Program-made: the position numbers and the translations under genes | Shown here: in pieces, positions 12,296 to 26,365 of the stretch | Layout of the letters: each line of letters begins with the position of its first letter | Position numbering within the stretch: position 1 is the first letter of the stretch | Notes under the pieces: model-generated | The model's input: only the letters and a program-made list of their open reading frames with translations | The model's database searches: none | What the model was told of the DNA's origin: nothing | Source: Octopus sinensis | Taxonomy: Eukaryota | Assembly: GCF_006345805.1 (NCBI RefSeq) | Contig: NC_043016.1 | Span: 29,016,001 to 29,080,000 of the forward strand | Length of the DNA stretch: 64,000 nt | Reading direction: 5' to 3'

Positions 12296-12689
12296 ACTTT
12301 TTCATTCACCTGTTTACAAAGTTGTTGCAGTTGAGTTGTTGAATGCATACAACTTAAACGTAGAAACATGCTACATTCTCCCAATTTATGAATAAAATCC
12401 TCATTTTGCATTACAAAGATTAATTAAACTGAGTAAATTACAATTTTATAATATATTTTATAGACATAAAACAGCACATGTTAGAATTTTTTTCTTTCAG
12501 ACATTCAAGGAAGTGTGCATCCTCCACATCAACATTTAATGTCTGTTTTCTATGCTGGCATGGGTTGGATGGCTTGATAGGAACTGGTAAGTCCAGGGGC
12601 TGCATCAAGTTCTAAAGTCTGTTTTGGCTTGATTTCTATGGCTGGATGCCTTTCCTAATGCCAACCACTCCACAGAGTCTATTGGGTGC

Positions 12690-13110
12690 TTTTTACATAG
12701 TACCATCACAAGTGCTTTTTATGTGGTACCAGTACCAGTGCTTTTTACATAGCACCATCACAAGTGCTTTTTATGTGGTACCAGTACCAGTGCTTTTTAC
12801 ATAGCACCATCACAAGTGCTTTTTATGTGGTACCGTACCAGTGCTTTTTACATAGCACCATCACAAGTGCTTTTTATGTGGTACCAGTACCAGTGCTTTT
12901 TACATAGCACCATCACAAGTGCTTTTTATGTGGTACCAGTACCAGTGCTTTTTACATAGCACCATCACAAGTGCTTTTTATGTGGTACCAGTACCAGTGC
13001 TTTTTACATAGCACCATCACAAGTGCTTTTTATGTGGTACCAGTACCAGTGCTTTTTACATAGCACCATCACAAGTGCTTTTTATGTGGTACCAGTACCA
13101 GTGCTTTTTT
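12690..13110. repeat. 52-bp minisatellite (~8 copies) inside an RTE-3'UTR-derived element (12520-13260, minus)
   Basis: Unit gcaccatcacaagtgctttttatgtggtaccagtaccagtgctttttacata; period 52 (12752 to 12804); the unit is a dimer of 26-bp gtgctttttay modules. Confidence 0.9.
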
Positions 13111-15793
13111 CCATGACACCATCAGAGTTTTTTTTTACATGGAAAAGCACCAACACCAATGCTTTTTGCATGGTACCTTGGTTTTAGGATATCAAATCAG
13201 TTGTAGTGGGTGGGTCTTCTCAAGTACAGCAATGCACCACATAACTTGGTCCTCTTTCATTTCCTTTTAAGCATAAATAAGCCACTTTACAAGCCACTGA
13301 GGGAGCCTGTGATAAGACTAATTACACTGAATCAAATACCATCTTAAAGCATAATTTATGTGAGGATGTTTTGAGGAAAAACCACAAAGAATGGGCAAGA
13401 TTGAGTAAAAAGGGGAAAGATTGACATGGCCTAGTTGTGAGGATGTTGGACTCACAATCACAAAATTGTGGCTTTGGTTCCTGGACCAGACAGTGCAAGA
13501 CACTTCATTTTATGTTGCTCTGTGATTGCTTTGACATCTGACATGTGGAACACTTTGTAGTTGTTCAGGAAACATTGAGTTGATGGGAGGAGTGAGCTTA
13601 TATGCAGCACAAACATATGATCACTATAAACAAATCATCTGAGCAGGTTGTTCAGCAAGAATGCAGAATTCTCATCTGTCATTTACAACAAGAGAATTCA
13701 CCATAGTATATTTTATAGATTTAAAAATTTTGGCATTTGTGCCTGTGTGCAGGTGACACGTAACCCCCCCCCCCCAAAAAAAAAAACATGATTTTTCCAT
13801 GGCTGTTATCAGTACCGCCTGACTGGCCCTCATGCAGGTGGCACGTAAAAGCACCCACTACACTCTCAGAGTGGTTGGCGTTAGGAAGGGCATCCAACTG
13901 TAGAAACTTTGCCAGATCAAGATTGGAGTCTTGTGCAGCCATCTGGTTCGCCAGCCCTCAGTCAAATCATCCAATCCATGCTAGCATGGAAAGCGGATGT
14001 TAAACAATGATGATGATGATGACCCCTTGAATTTTTTGTAGGTTTTCAGGAATTCAACATGTTATTTCTATGTAGTTCCACCCATTTCAAACTTCAGATT
14101 TTAGAATTATCATTTTGTTACATCAGGCATGTTTCACTTACATTTCATTTAAAAAGGAAAAATAGTTTTTTTCTCTTTCACTGTTGAGTTTTCAGCAAAT
14201 GATGATCTCTGCTAACTTCTGTAGTTTCATTTTTGGTATCATAAAACGAATCATCACCAAATTGAATGTTTTTAAGTTGGACACATATTTATCATGGTAT
14301 CTTTACAGGATACATATTTAATTTTTGTCATTTCAGCAAACATTAGTAGGTTTATGTGCATGTGTGTGGTATCTGCATTGGTTAATTGGGCTGCAAATTA
14401 GTCTTGGCATTTTTCATTTCTAGGGCCCCATAGAAATCAAATTATTGGTAAATTTTTACTGTTACACCTTTTTGATGAGCTTTCAGAATAGTTATTACTA
14501 GACCTGTTGAGGCAAGTGAAAATCAAAATCAAAATCAAAATTGATCAACATCAATGGAAATTGTAGCTGTGATGCCGGTGGCACATAAGAGAACCATCCG
14601 AACGTGGCCGTTGCCAGCGTCGCCCCGACTGGCCTCCGTGCTGGTGGCACATAAAAAGCACCATCCGATCATGGCTGTTGCCAGCTTCGCCTGGCACCTG
14701 TGCCGGTGGCATGTAAAAAGCACCCACTACTCTCATGGAGTGGTTGGCATTAGGAAGAGCATCCAGCCGTAGAAACATTGCCAGATCAGACTGGGCCTGG
14801 TGCAGCCTTCTGGCTTCCCAGACCCCAGTTGAACCGTCCAACCCATGCCAGCATGGAAAGCGGACACTAAACGATGATGATGATGATGATCCAAAAGAGA
14901 AGGAAAAATGCCAAGAATTAGGTGGTGGTTTCTGCATGAAAAAATTCTTTGTCCTCCACCCCTAATTCTGTGTTCTTTTTTGGTAAATTTTTACTATTTC
15001 TTACTCATACACCTATTTCGTGAGGCAGATGTAATATCTTTTACTTATATATTATACCTGTTTCAGTCATTAGACTGTGGCCTTGGGGCATCGCCTTGAA
15101 TTTTTAGTTAAATGAATCAAAACCCAGTACTTATTTTTTAAAGCCTGATACTTATTCTATTGTCTCTTTTGCTGAACTGCTAAGTCACAGACATGTAAAT
15201 ACATCAACACTAATTGTCAAGTGGTGCTGGGAGACACATACACACACATAATGGGTTTCTTTCAGTTTCTGTCTACCAAATTCACTCACAGGTTTTAGTT
15301 GGCCTGAGGCTATAGTAGATGTTTACCCAAGGTGGCATGCAGGGGGACTGAACACAGCACCATGAGTTTGAGAAGCAAGCTTCTTACCCATACTGTGCCT
15401 ATAGTTAAAAATAGTTAAAGATGTTAAAGTAATTTCCATGCCAAAATGAAACAGAAGCACAGCATTTAACCATCTGTAGATATTATGCTAGTTGGTATTT
15501 TGAGACAATTTCTTTGGATTTATACAAGACAAAATTTTATTTTTTTAAACTTTTGCAAACTCCCCCCCCCCTTTATTTTTTCGAAACATCTTTTTGAATT
15601 TGTTTGTTATTTGTAAACTTGAGACAGTATGACTTATAAAAATTTTTTTTCAAAATTTAAAAATAATATCTGAAATGGAAAAAGGAAAACTTATGCTAAT
15701 TTTGTGCAACCATGTGACTTCCTTCATAGTGTATATATGTGTATGCATGTATGCATGTGTGTGTATATGTGTGTGTGTGTGCTTTTGTGAACA

Positions 15794-15827
<34 letters not shown>

Positions 15828-16369
15828 CACACACATATATATATGTGCATGTGTATGTGAGTGTGTGTGCATGCTTTTGTGTATGTGCTTGTGTGCGTGT
15901 GTGTGTGCACATGCTTGTGTGTGTACATGTGTATGCTTTTGTGTATGTATGAATGGATATAAACATGTGTGTATCTGAGTATGTGAAACATAAATTATGA
16001 AATCTTTTTGTTTTTGTGTAAAAAATATTATAATTATGAAAGGAAGGAAAGACCACAGAAAATTGACATAATGCTGTCTCTTGATTTGTGTCGTGCAAGA
16101 CAAGTAAATAGTCTATATAATATATTTTAGAGGGAAACTGTCTTTCAATAATCTATATACAAAATAAACACATACACACACACATACAACCATATATATT
16201 CACACACATATTCATATACCTACAGAAAGATGACATCATTTGTCTCACACCGCATAGGTATACAAAATTATCCATAAATTTATGAATAACACATTTTACA
16301 TAACATTGAAGCAATCATCCCCACCTTCATCTCCCTCACTCAACACAGCAAGTTATTAGGTCCGTCTTT

Positions 16370-19300
16370 CTGTAACCAATTAGTGTAGCCATGCAGTATT
16401 TTCTGTCTTTCCTTGTCAGTCTTCCTGTTGCCAGCCGGAAAGGCTACCCAGGAACTTCTTTCTACTTCTCTTGGTCAGTTATCCTCTAACCAGCTGGTAA
16501 AAACCTTCCAGTATCTTTTCGTTCTCTCTTGGCCAGTTGTTCTGTAGCCAATAAGTAAATCATCCAGTATCTTCTCTCTTAATCAATATCCAGGTTTCTT
16601 CTTATACTAGCTGGTAAGGTCATCTAGTATCTTTTGCCTTTCTTTTGCTTAGACTTTTTGTAACCAGCTTCTTTTTCTCTCTCTCTTGGTCAGCCTTCCT
16701 TTAATTAGTTTGCAATCTTTCTATAACCAGCATCCAGTATCTTCCCTTCTTCTTTCTTGGTCAGTCATTCTGTAACCTGCTACTGAAGCATCTAGTATCT
16801 GGATCTGGATAAGAAGCCATCCAGTATCTTCTCTCTCTCTCCTGGTCAAACTTCCTGTAGCCAATAGGAAAATCATCCCTGTAACTTTTCTCTCACTCCC
16901 TCCCCATGTCAGTGCCTCTATGACCAGCTGGTTAGGCCATCCAGTATCTCCTGTCTTTTGGCCAGATTTTCTGTAACCAGTTTGTAAGACCATCCAATAA
17001 CTTCTTTCTCTCTCTCCTTTGGTCAGTTTTCCTGAAAAGAAGCTTGCAATATTATCCAGTATCTTCTGTCCCTTGGTCAGTCATTCTGTAGCTGACTGGT
17101 AAATCATCTAGTATCTTCTCTCTCTGTCCAGATCAGTGTCTCTATAACCAGCTGGTAAGGTCATTCACTATCACCCGCTTCTCTTTTTTTGGTCAGATTT
17201 TCTGGAGCCAGCTACTATGGTCATCCTGTGTCTGTCTTCTCTTTCTCTCTCGACCAGTTTTTCTGTAGCCAATTGGTAATTCATCCAGTATCTTCTCTCT
17301 TCATGCCTTCTAGCTCTTTCTCACTCTTGGTCAGTTATTTTGTTTCCAACTGGTAAGGCCATTGAGTATCTTCTCTCTTTCTCATAGCTGGTCTTCCTGT
17401 AGCCAATCAGTGATTGATTCAGTATCTTCTCTCTCACTCTTTCCAGATCAATTTTTTTGTAACCTGCTGTTAAGACCAACCAGTATCTCCCGTGTTTCTT
17501 TTGGTCAATTATACAATAGCCAGCTTGAAAGGCCATCCAGTGGCTTCTCTCTCTCCAGGTCAAACTTCCTGTAACTGCTGGTGAGGTTGTCCAGTATTTA
17601 CTCTCTCTAGGTCAGACTTCCTGTCATCAGTGGGTAAGGCCTCCCAATTTCTTCTCTCGCCAGTCAGTTTTCTTGTAACCAGCTGGTATGGCCATCCAGT
17701 ACCATCTCTTTCATTCCCTCCCATTATCTCTTGCTCATTCAGTCAGTTATTGTTACCAAATGGAAAGGCCATACAGTATCTTCTAGTTTTCTCTTGGTCA
17801 GTTATTTTGTTGCCAACCAGTAAGGCTGTCCAGTATCTCCCATCTCTTTTGGTCAGTTATTTTGTTGCCAGCTGGTAAGGTTATCCAGTATCTCCCATCT
17901 CTTTTGGTCAGATATTTTGTTGCCATCCACTAAGGCTATCCAGTATCTCCTGTCCCTTTTGGTCAGTTATTTTGTTGCCATCCACTAAGGCTATCCAGTA
18001 TCTCCCGTCTCTTTTGGTCAGATATTTTGTTGCCAGCTAGTAATGCTATCCAGTATCTCCTGTCTCTTTCGGTCAGATATTTTGCTGCCAGTCATTAAGG
18101 CTATCCAGTATCTCCTGTCACTTTTGGTCAGATATTTTGTTGCCAGCTAGTAATGCTATCCAGTATCTCCTGTCTCTTTCGGTCAGATATTTTGCTGCCA
18201 GTCATTAAGACTATCCAGTATCTCCTGTCTCTTTCGGTCAGATATTTGCTGCCAGTCATTAAGACTATCCAGTATCTCCTGTCTCTTTCGGTCAGATATT
18301 TTGCTGCCAGTCATTAAGACTATCCAGTATCTCCTGTCTCTTTCGGTCAGATATTTTGCTGCCAGTCATTAAGACTATCCAGTATCTCCTGTCTCTTTCG
18401 GTCAGATATTTTGCTGCCAGTCATTAAGACTATCCAGTATCTCCTGTCTCTTTCGGTCAGATATTTTGCTGCCAGTCATTAAGACTATCCAGTATCTCCT
18501 GTCTCTTTCGGTCAGATATTGCTGCCAGTCATTAAGACTATCCAGTATCTCCTGTCTCTTTCGGTCAGATATTTTGCTGCCAGTCATTAAGACTATCCAG
18601 TATCTCCTGTCTCTTTCGGTCAGATATTTTGCTGCCAGTCATTAAGACTATCCAGTATCTCCTGTCTCTTTCGGTCAGATATTTTGCTGCCAGTCATTAA
18701 GACTATCCAGTATCTCCTGTCTCTTTCGGTCAGATATTTTGCTGCCAGTCATTAAGACTATCCAGTATCTCCTGTCTCTTTCGGTCAGATATTTTGCTGC
18801 CAGTCATTAAGACTATCCAGTATCTCCTGTCTCTTTCGGTCAGATATTTTGCTGCCAGTCATTAAGACTATCCAGTATCTCCTGTCTCTTTCGGTCAGAT
18901 ATTTTGCTGCCAGTCATTAAGACTATCCAGTATCTCCTGTCTCTTTCGGTCAGATATTTTGCTGCCAGTCATTAAGGCTATCCAGTATCTCCTGTCTCTT
19001 TCGGTCAGATATTTTGCTGCCAGTCATTAAGGCTATCCAGTATCTCCTGTCTCTTTCGGTCAGATATTTTGCTGCCAGTCATTAAGGCTATCCAGTATCT
19101 CCTGTCTCTTTCGGTCAGATATTTTGCTGCCAGTCATTAAGGCTATCCAGTATCTCCTGTCTCTTTCGGTCAGATATTTTGCTGCCAGTCATTAAGGCTA
19201 TCCAGTATCTCCTGTCTCTTTCGGTCAGATATTTTGCTGCCAGTCATTAAGGCTATCCAGTATCTCCTGTCTCTTTCGGTCAGATATTTTGCTGCCAGTC

Positions 19301-22300
19301 ATTAAGGCTATCCAGTATCTCCTGTCTCTTTCGGTCAGATATTTTGCTGCCAGTCATTAAGGCTATCCAGTATCTCCTGTCTCTTTCGGTCAGATATTTT
19401 GCTGCCAGTCATTAAGACTATCCAGTATCTCCTGTCTCTTTCGGTCAGATATTTTGCTGCCAGTCATTAAGACTATCCAGTATCTCCTGTCTCTTTCGGT
19501 CAGATATTTTGCTGCCAGTCATTAAGACTATCCAGTATCTCCTGTCTCTTTCGGTCAGATATTTTGCTGCCAGTCATTAAGACTATCCAGTATCTCCTGT
19601 CTCTTTCGGTCAGATATTTTGCTGCCAGTCATTAAGACTATCCAGTATCTCCTGTCTCTTTCGGTCAGATATTTTGCTGCCAGTCATTAAGACTATCCAG
19701 TATCTCCTGTCTCTTTCGGTCAGATATTTTGCTGCCAGTCATTAAGGCTATCCAGTATCTCCTGTCTCTTTCGGTCAGATATTTTGCTGCCAGTCATTAA
19801 GGCTATCCAGTATCTCCTGTCTCTTTCGGTCAGATATTTTGCTGCCAGTCATTAAGGCTATCCAGTATCTCCTGTCTCTTTCGGTCAGATATTTTGCTGC
19901 CAGTCATTAAGGCTATCCAGTATCTCCTGTCTCTTTCGGTCAGATATTTTGCTGCCAGTCATTAAGGCTATCCAGTATCTCCTGTCTCTTTCGGTCAGAT
20001 ATTTTGCTGCCAGTCATTAAGGATATCCAGTATCTCCTGTCTCTTTCGGTCAGATATTTTGCTGCCAGTCATTAAGGCTATCCAGTATCTCCTGTCTCTT
20101 TCGGTCAGATATTTTGCTGCCAGTCATTAAGGCTATCCAGTATCTCCTGTCTCTTTCGGTCAGATATTTTGCTGCCAGTCATTAAGGCTATCCAGTATCT
20201 CCTGTCTCTTTCGGTCAGATATTTTGCTGCCAGTCATTAGGCTATCCAGTATCTCCTGTCTCTTTCGGTCAGATATTTTGCTGCCAGTCATTAAGGCTAT
20301 CCAGTATCTCCTGTCTCTTTCGGTCAGATATTTTGCTGCCAGTCATTAAGACTATCCAGTATCTCCTGTCTCTTTCGGTCAGATATTTTGCTGCCAGTCA
20401 TTAAGGCTATCCAGTATCTCCTGTCTCTTTCGGTCAGATATTTTCTGCCAGTCATTAAGACTATCCAGTATCTCCTGTCTCTTTCGGTCAGATATTTTGC
20501 TGCCAGTCATTAAGACTATCCAGTATCTCCTGTCTCTTTCGGTCAGATATTTTGCTGCCAGTCATTAAGACTATCCAGTATCTCCTGTCTCTTTCGGTCA
20601 GATATTTTGCTGCCAGTCATTAAGACTATCCAGTATCTCCTGTCTCTTTCGGTCAGATATTTTGCTGCCAGTCATTAAGACTATCCAGTATCTCCTGTCT
20701 CTTTCGGTCAGATATTTTGCTGCCAGTCATTAAGACTATCCAGTATCTCCTGTCTCTTTCGGTCAGATATTTTGCTGCCAGTCATTAAGACTATCCAGTA
20801 TCTCCTGTCTCTTTCGGTCAGATATTTTGCTGCCAGTCATTAAGACTATCCAGTATCTCCTGTCTCTTTCGGTCAGATATTTTGCTGCCAGTCATTAAGA
20901 CTATCCAGTATCTCCTGTCTCTTTCGGTCAGATATTTTGCTGCCAGTCATTAAGGCTATCCAGTATCTCCTGTCTCTTTCGGTCAGATATTTTGCTGCCA
21001 GTCATTAAGGCTATCCAGTATCTCCTGTCTCTTTCGGTCAGATATTTTGCTGCCAGTCATTAAGGCTATCCAGTATCTCTCCTGTCTCTTTCGGTCAGAT
21101 ATTTTGCTGCCAGTCATTAAGGCTATCCAGTATCTCCTGTCTCTTTCGGTCAGATATTTTGCTGCCAGTCATTAAGGCTATCCAGTATCTCCTGTCTCTT
21201 TCGGTCAGATATTTTGCTGCCAGTCATTAAGACTATCCAGTATCTCCTGTCTCTTTCGGTCAGATATTTTGCTGCCAGTCATTAAGACTATCCAGTATCT
21301 CCTGTCTCTTTCGGTCAGATATTTTGCTGCCAGTCATTAAGACTATCCAGTATCTCCTGTCTCTTTCGGTCAGATATTTTGCTGCCAGTCATTAAGACTA
21401 TCCAGTATCTCCTGTCTCTTTCGGTCAGATATTTTGCTGCCAGTCATTAAGACTATCCAGTATCTCCTGTCTCTTTCGGTCAGATATTTTGCTGCCAGTC
21501 ATTAAGACTATCCAGTATCTCCTGTCTCTTTCGGTCAGATATTTTGCTGCCAGTCATTAAGACTATCCAGTATCTCCTGTCTCTTTCGGTCAGATATTTT
21601 GCTGCCAGTCATTAAGGCTATCCAGTATCTCCTGTCTCTTTCGGTCAGATATTTTGCTGCCAGTCATTAAGGCTATCCAGTATCTCCTGTCTCTTTCGGT
21701 CAGATATTTGCTGCCAGTCATTAAGGCTATCCAGTATCTCCTGTCTCTTTCGGTCAGATATTTTGCTGCCAGTCATTAAGACTATCCAGTATCTCCTGTC
21801 TCTTTCGGTCAGATATTTTGCTGCCAGTCATTAAGGCTATCCAGTATCTCCTGTCTCTTTCGGTCAGATATTTTGCTGCCAGTCATTAAGGCTATCCAGT
21901 ATCTCCTGTCTCTTTCGGTCAGATATTTTGCTGCCAGTCATTAAGGCTATCCAGTATCTCCTGTCTCTTTCGGTCAGATATTTTGCTGCCAGTCATTAAG
22001 GCTATCCAGTATCTCCTGTCTCTTTCGGTCAGATATTTTGCTGCCAGTCATTAAGACTATCCAGTATCTCCTGTCTCTTTCGGTCAGATATTTTGCTGCC
22101 AGTCATTAAGACTATCCAGTATCTCCTGTCTCTTTCGGTCAGATATTTTGCTGCCAGTCATTAAGACTATCCAGTATCTCCTGTCTCTTTCGGTCAGATA
22201 TTTTGCTGCCAGTCATTAAGACTATCCAGTATCTCCTGTCTCTTTCGGTCAGATATTTTGCTGCCAGTCATTAAGACTATCCAGTATCTCCTGTCTCTTT

Positions 22301-23945
22301 CGGTCAGATATTTTGCTGCCAGTCATTAAGACTATCCAGTATCTCCTGTCTCTTTCGGTCAGATATTTTGCTGCCAGTCATTAAGGCTATCCAGTATCTC
22401 CTGTCTCTTTCGGTCAGATATTTTGCTGTCAGTCATTAAGGCTATCCAGTATCTCCTGTCTCTTTCGGTCAGATATTTTGCTGCCAGTCATTAAGGCTAT
22501 CCAGTATCTCCTGTCTCTTTCGGTCAGATATTTTGCTGCCAGTCATTAAGGCTATCCAGTATCTCCTGTCTCTTTCGGTCAGATATTTTGCTGCCAGTCA
22601 TTAAGACTATCCAGTATCTCCTGTCTCTTTCGGTCAGATATTTTGCTGCCAGTCATTAAGACTATCCAGTATCTCCTGTCTCTTTCGGTCAGATATTTTG
22701 CTGCCAGTCATTAAGGCTATCCAGTATCTCCTGTCTCTTTCGGTCAGATATTTTGCTGCCAGTCATTAAGACTATCCAGTATCTCCTGTCTCTTTCGGTC
22801 AGATATTTTGCTGCCAGTCATTAAGGCTATCCAGTATCTCCTGTCTCTTTCGGTCAGATATTTTGCTGCCAGTCATTAAGACTATCCAGTATCTCCTGTC
22901 TCTTTCGGTCAGATATTTTGCTGCCAGTCATTAAGACTATCCAGTATCTCCTGTCTCTTTCGGTCAGATATTTTGCTGCCAGTCATTAAGACTATCCAGT
23001 ATCTCCTGTCTCTTTCGGTCAGATATTTTGCTGCCAGTCATTAAGACTATCCAGTATCTCCTGTCTCTTTCGGTCAGATATTTTGTTGCCATCATTAAGG
23101 CTATCCAGTATCTCCTGTCTCTTTCGGTCAGATATTTTGCTGCCAGTCATTAAGACTATCCAGTATCTCCTGTCTCTTTCGGTCAGATATTTTGCTGCCA
23201 GTCATTAAGACTATCCAGTATCTCCTCTCTCTTTCGGTCAGATATTTTGCTGCCAGTCATTAAGACTATCCAGTATCTCCTGTCTCTTTCGGTCAGATAT
23301 TTTGCTGCCAGTCATTAAGACTATCCAGTATCTCCTGTCTCTTTCGGTCAGATATTTTGCTGCCAGTCATTAAGACTATCCAGTATCTCCTGTCTCTTTC
23401 GGTCAGATATTTTGCTGCCAGTCATTAAGACTATCCAGTATCTCCTGTCTCTTTCGGTCAGATATTTTGCTGCCAGTCATTAAGACTATCCAGTATCTCC
23501 TGTCTCTTTCGGTCAGATATTTTGCTGCCAGTCATTAAGACTATCCAGTATCTCCTGTCTCTTTCGGTCAGATATTTTGCTGCCAGTCATTAAGGCTATC
23601 CAGTATCTCCTGTCTCTTTCGGTCACATATTTTGTTGCCAGCAAATGAGGCTATCTAGTATCTCCCATTTCTTTTGGTCAAATATTTTGTTGCCAACCTG
23701 TAAGGTTATTCAGTATCTCCCATCTCTTTTGGTCAGTTATTTTGTTGCTAGCTGGTAAGGCTATCCAGTATCTTCTCACTTTTTATGGTCACTCTTTCTG
23801 TAACCAGCTGGCAATGCCAGCCAATATTGTCTCTCTCTCATAGTTGCTCTCTCTGATGCCAATTGGTAAGGCCATCCAGTATCTTTTCTCTCTCTCACTC
23901 CATGTCAGTATACTTGAAGCTAATTGGTAAAGCCATCAAGTACCT
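16370..23945. repeat. 55-bp tandem satellite: homogeneous core ~18180-23625 (~99 units) with diverged flanks
   Basis: Unit (a/g)ctatccagtatctcctgtctctttcggtcagatattttgctgccagtcattaag; register recurs every 660 bp (12 x 55). Flanks keep ccagtatct...ttggtcag...tgtaaccagctggtaagg at much lower identity. Confidence 0.97.
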
Positions 23946-23990
23946 TCTCTTGATTTTTTTTCTTCTCTCCCTCCTTTTTAATTTGTTTAA

Positions 23991-24210
23991 CCTTTTCATT
24001 ACTGTATTTATTTTGAGATGCTCTGTGTTTCTTTCAATTACTTTAAATATAACAAAGAATTTAGTAAACTAACTTCGCTATCATTCTGCTAGTGTTAGGA
24101 ACATAAATTGTGACTAAGGTTTGGTGGAAGATTTTAATTTAAAACTTATGAAAACAAGACATTTGTACTCAGAGCCAGAGCCAGTTTCAGCCAGGTTGGT
24201 AATGAAAAGG
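23991..24210. mobile_element. piggyBac-like MITE (220 bp)
   Basis: TTAA on both sides, 12-bp TIR ccttttcattac / gtaatgaaaagg; related partial copy near 42765-42845. Confidence 0.75.
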
Positions 24211-26024
24211 TTAATTTCCAGCAAAAACCTATTTCTGCCATTCTATAGACAGTTCTGTGCAGCAGTGTTTTTCAACTATTTTTTATCATATGGACCTCCT
24301 CAATTCTTATTTTACTCTGGTAGACCCTCTGAACCATTTCATGTTTAAAATATCCCGTTATATTTTTATGATTAAATATCATTAGGAATTATATAAGAAA
24401 AATCATCAAAATAATTAGTGTATTGTAGAAGTATAACAAATTTATTGCTCATAAATTTTAACAAAAAAATAAACCTCATATGGACCCTGGTTGGGAATTG
24501 TATTTCTCTTCAATAACACACTGTGGACATCATTAAATTTCAGCCATTGCAAAACTATTCTTTGTAAACCTGAATGTTGCACCAATCAGAATAAAGTATT
24601 TGGTGGTATAATTCACTGAATCCACCTTTATCTTTCTTCATATTACATCAACTTTTTCCATGATAGTATGGAACAGATAAGATTTGCTGAGGTAGATTTT
24701 CGACAGCTAGATACCCCTTTTGTTGTTTTCCAGCCCTAACTTGTTTCCAAGCAAGGTAATATTTCACCATGGCCAGGCATGTTTTTTCAGGGAAGACTAG
24801 AAACAAACAGTATTACTTGAATGACATTCATTTACAACTATCATGATGTTAAAATGAAGGAACACTGAAACACACAAATAATATATTATTTGTTTGTTAT
24901 GTCAAGTACATTCATATAAACAATTTAGCATTAAACTGAATAAATCATTCAATATTTTTTAGTAGAATACATGTTTATTAAACTTTTACAAAATGACAGG
25001 TGACATTGTCTTCAAAGTTTTGGCTTGCTAGCAAGCTCATTATAAAAATGTTAGCATGCTTATTTATCAACAACTAGCTTAAAAGCTGCATTCCTTGTGG
25101 AATTTTAAGCTACCCCCTGCAGAGGGTTAACTGGGCCTTTGGCCCAAAACTTAAGAGAGCTAAATAGCATGACTATAATACATGTAAAATGACTATATAC
25201 CTCAGTGGTGTTTGATCAGAGGTTAAGGATGGATGAGAATTAATTCTATAATGCAATCGTTCTATTGTTCCAGTCCCAAGTTGAATTCCAACTGTTGGCC
25301 TATCTGTCCTGAAGTGCTTTTCTCGATGAAACAAATTTCATTTTTATCTTTCCCTTGATCTCTGATGTCATCTGACAAATGCCACCAAGATGGCATGAAT
25401 CAGCCAAGCTTTACCTGCTAGAAATAGTAACCCAAATGTTTTCAAATCAGATTCCTATGCTGGATGTTCAAGAACCAAATGAAGGGCAGATTGTCAACCC
25501 CGGGATCATCCTGATTTCAAAAAGGTATAATATATCTATGTAGAGCAAATATAGGTTGAGATATGGGGGACCCATACAGACAGATAGAATTTTGATTTTA
25601 TTATTATAGATGTTTCATAATCAGTTTCTATCTACTAAATTCACTTACAAAGCTTTGGTTAACCTAGAGCTATAGAGGCACTTGCTCAAGGTGCCACACA
25701 GTGAGATTTGAACCCAAAGTTGCATGGTTGGTTGGGAAGCAAGCTTGTTAACTTGCACCTATCTTTTGTATTTCTTGCTCTAAAATTATTTTACTTCAAA
25801 GTTTGCATAATTTCAGTGTGTAGCTAATTGAGTTTGGATGTTAAACTGAAAGTGAATGCACAAAGAAGCAGAGTCTTTTTACTTAAAAATCAAAACTTCC
25901 AAAAGTGAGCCTGCCAAACATGATGTGTACTAGTACCCAGTTTCTAATTTTGAATAGGAAGATATTAAAATTAATTAAACTTTAAAAGAAACCAACCTGT
26001 GAAAAATTGTACAATGTACATATT

Positions 26025-26365
26025 TCAAGGCACATGGCTCAGTGGTTAGAGCGTAGAACTTACAATTGTGATGTTGTGAGTTTGATACCCTAACTGGGCT
26101 GTGTTGTGTTAATGAGCAAGACACTTTATTTCACATTGCTTCAGTTCACTCAGCTGTAGAAATGAGTTGCAATGTCACTGGTGCCAAGCTGTATCGGCCG
26201 TTGCCTTTCCCTCGGATAACATCAGTGGCATGTAGAGGAGGGTTGGTATGTATGGGCAACTGCTGGTCTTCCATAAAACAATCTTGCCTGAACTTGTGCC
26301 TAGGAAGGGAACTTTCTGGGTGTAATCCCATGGTCATTCATGACCAAAGAGGATCTTTACTTTTA
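26025..26365 (+). mobile_element. tRNA-derived SINE
   Basis: tRNA-like head ggctcagtggttagagcg...gagtttgata, then a gagcaagacactttatttcac body; related copy on minus at ~52330-52655. Confidence 0.6.

Noticed and set aside
18240-21720. Single-base indels in T-runs of some satellite units as variant classes
   Set aside because: Typical of long-read homopolymer error; not used as evidence.
18180-23625. CRISPR-like array or repetitive protein
   Set aside because: No unique spacers; eukaryotic context; the 55-bp period puts stops in all frames. The 61-aa ORF at 18402-18587 exists only because of a 2-nt deletion.
18180-23625. Hammerhead in the 55-bp unit (CTGACCGAAAG on minus)
   Set aside because: No CUGANGA core and no stem II between the motifs; only a 5-bp tatct/agata stem.
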